36,107 bases of DNA from a virus: the IMG/VR virus record IMGVR_UViG_3300045988_117996, one strand, 5' to 3'. The notes under the pieces were generated by a model. The model had not been told where the DNA came from and ran no database searches. It was given only the letters and a program-made list of their open reading frames with translations. The translations under genes were made by a program, and so were the position numbers. This document shows positions 29,300 to 36,107 of this stretch, piece after piece (position 1 is the stretch's first letter; each line of letters starts with the position of its first letter).

Positions 29300-31723
29300 C
29301 TACGCGACCCCCATCGCCATGCTCTGCTCCACCGCCGCGACGAAGTTCCTGAAGGCGGAGGCCACGCGCCCGTCGACGCCCAGCAGGTCGCTGTCGAGGT
29401 AGAGGTTGTAAACGTTGCCGCCGCCCGCGACGCCGCTGGTGCCGTAGGCGGTCGATCCATATGCTGCGCCGCCGGTAACGCTCACACCGAACACGGCGGC
29501 CTTCTCGACGTTGCGCACCGCCGACCTCATGGACTTAACCGGCTCGTCCGCCGTGTCGTCGATGCCGAGGGCCGCGCCCTCCATGACGTAGCCGAAAATC
29601 TTGCGGAACACGCGCGACGGCGAGTGGATACCCAGCAGGTTCTTGGCCGCGTCGATGGCGCCGCCCACCACGCCGGTAATCTTGCTCACGACCACGCCCG
29701 CCGCGCCGCTGATTCCGTTTGCGATGCCCTGCACGATCTGCGAGCCGATGGACACCACGCGGCCCGGGATGGAGGACAGGGCGCCCATGATGGAACTGCC
29801 GATGCTCGAGGCCGCCGAGGTCACGAAGCCGACCGCGCCGCGGATGGCGGAGCCCAGGCTGCTGATTCCGTTGCGGCCGATGCTCGCCAGGGTGGACGGC
29901 AGGTTCTGGATTGCGCCGCGGATAGCGGACACGATGTTGGTGCCGCACGTGCTGACGAAGCCGGCCATGCCGGTGATACCGTTGCCCAGGAACGTGATGG
30001 CGTTCCTGCCTAGGCTCGGCCAGTCGAGCGCCGACCAAGCCGAAACGAAAGCCGAGAAGATGGCCGGGATGTTGGCGATGAGCGTCGGTATCGCCTGCAC
30101 GATGCCAAGCGCCAGCGTCACGATTGCCTGGATGCCGGCACCGAGCAGCGTCGGCGCGTTGTCGTTGATGGCGCTGGCGAGATTCTGCACTATGACCGGC
30201 GCCTGCTCGATGATGGTCGGCAGGCTGTCGGCGATTCCCTGCGCCAAGCCGATCAGCAGGTTCGCCGCGCCATCGGTCAGGACGCCCGCGTTCTCGGCTA
30301 TCGACTCGGAGAGACCGGTGAGAATCTGGAGGCCGCTCTCCGTGATGGAGGGCAGGTTCTCGCTCAGGTAGCCGCCAAAGGAGGTCATGAGCGAGGACGC
30401 CGTCTCGGAGAGGAACGACAGCCCCATCTCGACTCCCTCGGCGAGCCGGGGAACGACCTCGCCGCCCACGTCGGCGAAGCCCTCGGCGATGCCGGGCAGC
30501 GATGAGGCGATGTTCTCCTGCAGCGTGGAAAGGTCGCCCTCGAGCAGCGTCAGGCCGTAGACCATGGCGAGGTGCAAAGACTCGAGCGGATTGTCACCAA
30601 CCGACCAGATCTCGCGCAGGCCCTTGAAGCGCTCGCCGATCTCGTCCACGCCGTCCGACACGGCGGAGAGGATGTCGCCCATGGGCCCGGGCACGGCCTC
30701 CGCCGCGCTGTCGAGCGCCTGCGTGAAGATGCTGACGAACGCCTGACCAAGCACGGGCCCGACCGACGTGACAAGGCTCGGCAGCTGCGACAGCGCCGTG
30801 CCGACGATGGTCGCAACGCGCGGGATGACGTTCGAGGCCGCCGTCTCGACCGACTGTACCAGCTCCTCGGTGAGCTTGCCCATGTCGGCGTCGTCCTTGC
30901 CCAGCTCCGTCATCCAGTTCTCCCAGGCGGCCTTCGCCATGTTGCAGGAGCCCTCGATGGTCGTCGCGGCCTCGCGCGAGGTCGTGCCGGCGATCTGCAT
31001 CTGCTCCTGCATCGTGTGGATGGCGAGCACGATGTTGTCGAAGGACAGGCTCGACTCGTCCACGGCGGAGTTGACGGCGTGCGCGTCCTTGACGAGGCGC
31101 TGCATCTCCTCCTTGGTTCCGCCATACCCCAGCTTGAGGTTGTCGAGCATCGTGTAGTTCTGCTTGGCGAAACCTTGGTACGCGTTCTGGAGGTCCTCCA
31201 TCGCCGTGCCGAAGGTGTTCGCGTTGTCGCTCATGTCGACCATGGCCGTGTTGGCGTACTCGGCCGCCTTGACCGTGTCGCCCCCGAGCGATTTGACAAG
31301 CGAGGCCGAGAAGCCTGTGACCTGCTCCATGTACCGGTTGGCGCTCAGGCCGGCCGTTATGTAGGCGCGGTCGGCGTTTGCCAGCACCGTCGTCTGGGCC
31401 TGCTCGAGCTGCTCCCACTTACCGGAGCACTGCTCGACGGTCTGTCCCGTAAGCGCGGCGTACTCGTCGAGCGACTTGCCCATGTTGCCGAAAATCTTCT
31501 GGATGCCGCCGACGTTCTGCTCGTATGAGGCGTATGCGCTCATGCTCATGCCCGTGATGGCGGCGACGCCCGCCCCCACGGCGGCGACGCCAACGCCTAT
31601 CGCCTTGGCGGCGGTCGCGCCGGCCTTGCCGAGCGTGCCCACGACCTTCGAGGCCACGCCCTCGACCTTGCCACTGGCCTCGTCCTTGAGGCCGACCTTA
31701 ATCATCAGGTCGAGAAGGTTCAC
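29300..31723 (-). CDS. Tape measure protein (807 aa)
   Basis: Size and position after G/GT. Helical, Gly/Ala-rich repeats. Confidence 0.85.
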   Translation of the reverse strand: MNLLDLMIKVGLKDEASGKVEGVASKVVGTLGKAGATAAKAIGVGVAAVGAGVAAITGMSMSAYASYEQNVGGIQKIFGNMGKSLDEYAALTGQTVEQCSGKWEQLEQAQTTVLANADRAYITAGLSANRYMEQVTGFSASLVKSLGGDTVKAAEYANTAMVDMSDNANTFGTAMEDLQNAYQGFAKQNYTMLDNLKLGYGGTKEEMQRLVKDAHAVNSAVDESSLSFDNIVLAIHTMQEQMQIAGTTSREAATTIEGSCNMAKAAWENWMTELGKDDADMGKLTEELVQSVETAASNVIPRVATIVGTALSQLPSLVTSVGPVLGQAFVSIFTQALDSAAEAVPGPMGDILSAVSDGVDEIGERFKGLREIWSVGDNPLESLHLAMVYGLTLLEGDLSTLQENIASSLPGIAEGFADVGGEVVPRLAEGVEMGLSFLSETASSLMTSFGGYLSENLPSITESGLQILTGLSESIAENAGVLTDGAANLLIGLAQGIADSLPTIIEQAPVIVQNLASAINDNAPTLLGAGIQAIVTLALGIVQAIPTLIANIPAIFSAFVSAWSALDWPSLGRNAITFLGNGITGMAGFVSTCGTNIVSAIRGAIQNLPSTLASIGRNGISSLGSAIRGAVGFVTSAASSIGSSIMGALSSIPGRVVSIGSQIVQGIANGISGAAGVVVSKITGVVGGAIDAAKNLLGIHSPSRVFRKIFGYVMEGAALGIDDTADEPVKSMRSAVRNVEKAAVFGVSVTGGAAYGSTAYGTSGVAGGGNVYNLYLDSDLLGVDGRVASAFRNFVAAVEQSMAMGVA

Positions 31724-32445
31724 CTAGACCACCTTCAATCCCATCCGCTCGATGATGTCTGCGGCGATCTCGTCGCCGCCGCGCGTGTCCTCCGCCTCGG
31801 ACCCATTGCCCGCACCGCCGTTGACGATGCTCAGGAAGGGTTCCTTGAGCCACTTCCCCTGCGCCATGAGGCGCACCGACTCGCTCAGGTACACGCGGAA
31901 CGCCTCCCGCTCGTCCCGCTCGCGCCACCGCGCGACCATGTACCTAGAGAAAGGGCGAGCACGCCGTGGCCCGACGTACTCGCCCAGACAGAGCCATATG
32001 TGAGATGGGTCCTCGGCGGCTATCCAAAAAAAGGAGCCAGGACGTCCTTGATGCCGTCGATACCGTCGATGGCATCCTTGATGTCGTTCACCCACTTCTT
32101 GACGGTGAAGTCGGCCTTGTACTCCTCGAGCGTCTGGCCGTCGAGCGCGGCGAGCAGCTTGTAGCTGATCTCGCCACCCTGGCGCAGCACGTCGGGCAGA
32201 AGCCCCACTACCATGTCCACGGCGAGGCTGTTGACCTCGGCGGTGGCGGCTGCCTTCGCGGCCTCGGGGTCGCCCTTGGCCTTGGCGGTCGCCTTGGCCT
32301 TGGCCTTGGCGGAGTTAGAGCGGAACTTGGCGTAGGCGGCCTTGGCCTTCGCGCCGAGTTCGCCGTTCATGACGTCCTCGGCAACGTCCGCCAGCAGGCA
32401 CATGGCGTTCTGGAACTCGTCGGCGTTAAGGTTCTCCAGCTTCAT
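31724..32445 (-). CDS. Tail assembly chaperone GT fusion (programmed -1 frameshift at T7, plus 32026-32032)
   Basis: G frame ..CCT TTT TTT GGA TAG. The -1 frame continues FFWIAAEDPSHIW... to 31724. Confidence 0.7.
32020..32445 (-). CDS. Tail assembly chaperone G (141 aa)
   Basis: Between the major tail protein and TMP. Ends in the slippery heptamer. Confidence 0.8.
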   Translation of the reverse strand: MKLENLNADEFQNAMCLLADVAEDVMNGELGAKAKAAYAKFRSNSAKAKAKATAKAKGDPEAAKAAATAEVNSLAVDMVVGLLPDVLRQGGEISYKLLAALDGQTLEEYKADFTVKKWVNDIKDAIDGIDGIKDVLAPFFG

Positions 32446-32447
32446 GG

Positions 32448-33017
32448 TTAGGCTCCAATCTCCTGTTTGATATACAGCTCGTAGGGCACGATCTCGGGGT
32501 TCTTGATTGAGTAGTGGCCCGTGAACTCGAATGCGAACTGGCCCTTGGCCTTGTTCTGCGTCGTGATTTGCAGACCGCCCGTGTTGAGCGCGTTGATGAG
32601 GCGGATGGCGATATAGCCGTTGCCGTTCTCGCCCGAGTAATCGCCGATGAGCCAGATGTCGGCGAAGTCCTCCTCCGAGAGCGCGGAGCGCGGGACGATC
32701 TTCCCCTCGGTCTCGTCGGCTGCGGCTGCGAGCTTCTTGCCGAGCGCGGTGTTCAGCGTCACGAAGGTGCCGCTCAGCTTGGCCTCGATGCTGTCGATGC
32801 GCTTCAGCTCCATCGTGTTGGCGGGGCAGTTGTCGATGTCCTCGCCGTAGTCGATGAAGCTGGGCGTGGCGGCGAAGCTGGTTCCGCCGCTCGTCGCGCC
32901 CATCAGCTCGGACTCCGCGACCTCGGCGTTCTTGGTGTTGAAATTCGTGGCGAGCAGGCCCGCGTTGATGACGATCTCCTTGAACGTGTTCTCGGGGATG
33001 CGCGTGAACTTAGACAT
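32448..33017 (-). CDS. Major tail protein (189 aa)
   Basis: Position and size. RBS TAGGAGGTCAT. Confidence 0.75.
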   Translation of the reverse strand: MSKFTRIPENTFKEIVINAGLLATNFNTKNAEVAESELMGATSGGTSFAATPSFIDYGEDIDNCPANTMELKRIDSIEAKLSGTFVTLNTALGKKLAAAADETEGKIVPRSALSEEDFADIWLIGDYSGENGNGYIAIRLINALNTGGLQITTQNKAKGQFAFEFTGHYSIKNPEIVPYELYIKQEIGA

Positions 33018-33025
33018 ATGACCTC

Positions 33026-33394
33026 CTAGTAGCTGGTCATGTACTCAATGGTCAGGTTGATGATTCGGCGCTTCACGGCGTTGTCCTCGTCGGCCATGGC
33101 GTTGCAGAACGGATCGCCCTGCATCACCCACATGCCGCCGCCCTCGCACGGCAGCAGCACGCCGGAGAGCCCGAGCGCTCGGGCGACCTCCTCGGCCTTG
33201 GCGTTGGGCGCGGCCTCGGACGAGGTCCGGTACCAGAGGTTCACCTCGGAGTTGCACTGCGTGCCGAACGACGCGGTCGGCAGGTCGTAGGTGATGTATG
33301 GCATCTTCGCCTTGCGCGGCACCGCCGAGTCGCGATACACGGGAAGGCCGAAGCCCTCGAGCCACGCCTGCAGCGCAGCCGCCTTAGTCGCCAT
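33026..33394 (-). CDS. Tail completion/terminator-like protein (122 aa)
   Basis: Position before the major tail protein. Start ATG 33394. Confidence 0.55.
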   Translation of the reverse strand: MATKAAALQAWLEGFGLPVYRDSAVPRKAKMPYITYDLPTASFGTQCNSEVNLWYRTSSEAAPNAKAEEVARALGLSGVLLPCEGGGMWVMQGDPFCNAMADEDNAVKRRIINLTIEYMTSY

Positions 33395-33737
33395 CCGGCA
33401 CCTCCCACTCCTCCGCGCTGCACTGGCCGAAGCCAAACGCCGCGCAGCGCGGCGCGGCCCCGTCGTCCGCGTTCGACGTGCAGCGGAATACCTGCCCGTC
33501 GAACGCGCGCTGGAAGAGGTCGCCGTACCGCAGCGGCTCGTCGGTGGTCACGGTGTAGACGTTCCTCACGCCGTCGTGCTCCGCGATGCGCGAGGCCGTC
33601 GAGCTGTCGCGCACGATCGCCGCCGTGAAGCCGTCGCCGACGGCGAGGGCGGTCTTGAAGCCGCCCTCACCATCGGGCTCGGTCTTTGCGACGAGCCTCG
33701 CGCAAGCCACCGCCATGCGCTCGTACAGGCGGCTCAC
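33384..33737 (-). CDS. Head closure/head-tail adaptor-like protein (117 aa)
   Basis: GTGA coupling at 33737 (alternative ATG at 33716). Assigned by position. Confidence 0.5.
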   Translation of the reverse strand: MSRLYERMAVACARLVAKTEPDGEGGFKTALAVGDGFTAAIVRDSSTASRIAEHDGVRNVYTVTTDEPLRYGDLFQRAFDGQVFRCTSNADDGAAPRCAAFGFGQCSAEEWEVPDGD

Positions 33738-34150
33738 AGCTTTCTCCAAGGGTCGAGACGCGCCTTGAACTGCTGTCGCCACGTGATGGGCGAGCCGTCG
33801 CCGCCGACGCGCGTGTAGCTGTAGCCGCCGAAGCTCTCGGATGCGTACGGGCTGTCCAGCTCCTTGGCGTGCTCGGTCTGCCACGCTGCGATCTCGTCAG
33901 CGAGGTCGACCACGGCCTGCGGGATGGCAAGCGCCCAGACGGTGCCAACGAACTCCTCGTCCGTGAGCCCGTTGTAGGGCCACGCGTGCAGCCCGTCGTT
34001 GAAGGTCGAGCCCGTGATGCGGACGTACTGGCCCTCCTTGAGGCCGAGGGCCGCGGGCGGCACGAGACGGCCGTCCTCGATACGGACGCGCCCCGTGCGC
34101 TTGTCGGCGACGAACCAGTTGCGCAGCGACAGAAGCACCTGCTCGAGCAT
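33734..34150 (-). CDS. Head-tail connector (gp6-like) protein (138 aa)
   Basis: First gene after the major capsid gene. Confidence 0.6.
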   Translation of the reverse strand: MLEQVLLSLRNWFVADKRTGRVRIEDGRLVPPAALGLKEGQYVRITGSTFNDGLHAWPYNGLTDEEFVGTVWALAIPQAVVDLADEIAAWQTEHAKELDSPYASESFGGYSYTRVGGDGSPITWRQQFKARLDPWRKL

Positions 34151-34158
34151 CTCTGCGC

Positions 34159-35040
34159 CTATCGCTTATCGGTGATGACGGCGGCGAGCTCGGGGCTGAG
34201 GGTCTTGACGCCGCAGAGCATGTCGATGGAGACGGTGTCGGTCTTGGTCTTCTGGTCGTAGCCCTGCACGACGCGCAGGCCGAAGCCGTCGTAGGAGGTG
34301 GAGAAGGCCTTGGGCGCGCCGAGCGGCATCTCGAGCTGGCGGGTCACAAGCGCGAAGGCGTTCTTGTGGAACGCGATGGACGGCGTGTAGATGGCCGTCT
34401 CTACCGTGGTCTTCTGCACGTTCTGGTCGCAGTAGAAGTCGAGGCCGTACTTGCGGCCAAGCGATGCCTCCTTGAGGGCGGTGCCGTTGTCGCCGACGGC
34501 GGAGGCATTGGTGAACGCCTCGGTGTTGAGCAGGTCGGCCTCGGCCTGGGAGCCGTAGACGAAGCGGCGCTCCGTGGAGGGCGCCTTGGCGTCCACGAGG
34601 AACTTGCGGGCGGCGATGATGTCCGCCACGGCGATGGCGCCCTTGGTGTGGTCGACGCGGTTCGTGACGTCCTTCTCGAGCGCGAGCAGGTAGCCGTCGA
34701 TCTTGTCGGCGAAGGCCTGCATCGCGGGGACGAGGAACTGCGCGGAGAAGTCGACGATGCCCATCGTCAGCTCCTTGGACGTGACGGCGAACGTCACGTC
34801 GAGCAGCTTGTCCATCTTGACGGGAACCTTGTCCTCCGTGGCGTCCTGCACCTCGACCTCGGTGGTGAACTCCTTGGCCTCGAAGGTGGCGGGCTTGCGG
34901 ACGGTGATGGTGTCGCCCACTCCCGCGACGAACTCGGAGGAGTAGTCGCGGTGGACGAGGTTGGCCATGACGGCGTTGGTGCGCAGAACGTCCAGCGCCT
35001 CGTTGGCGATGATGTTGGGTGTAAGGATGGTGTTCGACAT
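34159..35040 (-). CDS. Major capsid protein (P22-coat-like family, 293 aa)
   Basis: MSNTILTPNIIANEALDVLRTNAVMANLVHRDYSSEF..GDTITVRKP. Follows the scaffold gene. Confidence 0.85.
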   Translation of the reverse strand: MSNTILTPNIIANEALDVLRTNAVMANLVHRDYSSEFVAGVGDTITVRKPATFEAKEFTTEVEVQDATEDKVPVKMDKLLDVTFAVTSKELTMGIVDFSAQFLVPAMQAFADKIDGYLLALEKDVTNRVDHTKGAIAVADIIAARKFLVDAKAPSTERRFVYGSQAEADLLNTEAFTNASAVGDNGTALKEASLGRKYGLDFYCDQNVQKTTVETAIYTPSIAFHKNAFALVTRQLEMPLGAPKAFSTSYDGFGLRVVQGYDQKTKTDTVSIDMLCGVKTLSPELAAVITDKR

Positions 35041-35049
35041 AGAAACCCC

Positions 35050-35613
35050 TTAGCCTCTCTGCTCCGCCTTGTACTTCATGTACTCGGCGGTGCTCATTTC
35101 GTTGATGTCCTTGCCGCCCTCGCCCTTGGGGGCGTGGGCCACGTCGGCGCCCTTGACGGTTGTGGTTGCGATGAAGTCGGCCCAGTCGGCCTTGATGCCC
35201 TCGGTGAGCTTGTCCGCGCCCTCGATAGCGCCGTCCTTGACGGTCACGTTCTCGAGGTCGGAGACCTTGAGAACGGTCTCGATGCGCTTGGGGTCGACGC
35301 CCGCCGACTTGAGCAGCTCTCGGTACAGGCCGCGCTTCTCGGCTGCGGCCTTCTCGCCCTCGACCTTGGCCTTGAAGTCGTCGAGCTCCTTGCACTTGGC
35401 CTTGTACTTTTCCTCGTACTCGCCCGCGCCCTCGCCCTTGGCCTTGAGCGCGTCCAGCTCCTTCTTGTAGCCGTCCGCCTTGCCCGCGGCCTCCTTGAGC
35501 TCGTCGCGCTGCGCCTTGAGCGCGTCCACGCTCTCGGCGTGCTCCTCGATGATCTGGTCGATCTTCTCGTCCTCGATGCCCATTGCCTTGAGCATCTTTC
35601 GCGTGAGTGCCAA
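35050..35613 (-). CDS. Scaffolding protein (GP20-like)
   Basis: MLKAMGIEDEKIDQIIEEH..., charged coiled-coil. Start TTG 35613 (GGGAG 6 nt upstream) or ATG 35595. Confidence 0.75.
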   Translation of the reverse strand: MALTRKMLKAMGIEDEKIDQIIEEHAESVDALKAQRDELKEAAGKADGYKKELDALKAKGEGAGEYEEKYKAKCKELDDFKAKVEGEKAAAEKRGLYRELLKSAGVDPKRIETVLKVSDLENVTVKDGAIEGADKLTEGIKADWADFIATTTVKGADVAHAPKGEGGKDINEMSTAEYMKYKAEQRG

Positions 35614-35722
35614 CAGAATCTCCCTTGCTTCGGAATGGGCGGGTCCCAGCCTGTTGCCTCGGCAGGGCCCGCGCCGCAATACCTCGCGGCAAGGGTGAGT
35701 ATCCAGGCGGAGTAACGCGGCC

Positions 35723-36107
35723 CTACGCGCCACCCCTCAGGTGCTTCTCGAGAATCGCCCGGTACGTGTCGCCGTGACCCGTTGCCGCCTTGCGCAGGAA
35801 GTGCTTGCCCTTCATGCGGGAAGTTCCCTCCTCGACGTACGGCGCATACTCGACATTTGTACCGATGAAGCAGTCGTAGCCTTTGAGGAGGTGCGTGACA
35901 GAGTTGCGCAACCTGCCCGTGTCGACCGGGCACGTCGCCTTGGCGTAGCCCTCCGCGACGAGGCCTATCTCCTCTAGGCCCGTTTTATAGGCGCGCAGGA
36001 GGGCCTTCTCGACCTGCTCGATGTTGTTCTGCCGTATCTCGATGCACTCGGCGGTATCCAGCTTCGCGGCGTTTACGATCTCCTCGGTGATGAGGGTCCC
36101 GTGCCGC
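35723..36107 (-). CDS. HK97 gp10-family protein, 3' part (5' end continues at 157..1 through the junction)
   Basis: ..AKATCPVDTGRLRNSVTHLL..IGTNVEYAPYVEEGTSRM.. matches the gp10 family signature. Confidence 0.75.
   Translation of the reverse strand, partial: RHGTLITEEIVNAAKLDTAECIEIRQNNIEQVEKALLRAYKTGLEEIGLVAEGYAKATCPVDTGRLRNSVTHLLKGYDCFIGTNVEYAPYVEEGTSRMKGKHFLRKAATGHGDTYRAILEKHLRGGA
35989..36107. repeat. Terminal direct repeat copy 2 (identical to 1-119)
   Basis: 119/119 identity by direct comparison. Confidence 0.95.

Larger units (their letters stand above)
1..36107 (-). mobile_element. Complete tailed-phage genome (siphovirus-like, temperate-type switch), circularly closed contig; non-redundant length 35,988 bp
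   Basis: Full packaging, head, tail, lysis, repressor/Cro, recombination and replication gene set. Bases 1-119 equal 35989-36107. One gene reads through the junction in frame. Confidence 0.9.

Overview
High-GC window (hand counts of single 60-nt lines give about 65-70% GC). It is a complete, circularly closed tailed-phage genome: bases 1-119 are identical to 35989-36107, so the non-redundant length is 35,988 bp, and one gene reads in frame across the junction.

Almost all genes are on the minus strand. In transcription order they are:
- Cro-like HTH and the early genes: SPFH membrane protein, Xis-like HTH, RusA, RecT/Bet, DUF1351-like, actinobacterial-type IHF, SSB, and a replisome-organizer-like gene with internal iterons.
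- A lower-GC island of small zinc-ribbon genes that includes a Lar homologue.
- A GcrA-like putative late regulator, then TerS, TerL and portal.
- A displaced fibre-like module carrying a diversity-generating retroelement (DGR).
- A MuF/gp7 head protein fused to a papain-like toxin domain, followed by a putative immunity gene.
- Scaffold, major capsid, connectors, major tail protein, G/GT chaperones with a -1 frameshift, tape measure, Dit and Tal.
- Holin and amidase endolysin.

Only a CI-like repressor and a KilA-N protein are on the plus strand, divergent from the Cro-like gene. I recognised no integrase, tRNA, rRNA or CRISPR array.

The strongest finding is the DGR. A 113-bp TR (4203-4315) and VR (4416-4528) differ at 17 positions, 16 of them template adenines. 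The VR is the 3' end of a 541-aa ORF, and a YADD reverse transcriptase follows. The element is unusual in three ways: no Avd ORF, a non-canonical RT motif 4, and a position between portal and MuF rather than in the tail module.

Other leads: a MuF polymorphic toxin/immunity pair, a CI-like repressor with all three autocleavage determinants substituted, a candidate cis-antisense sRNA, and an ori-like repeat inside the replication gene. The mIHF homologue, GC content and SD sequences suggest a high-GC Gram-positive (Actinomycetota) host; this is inference.
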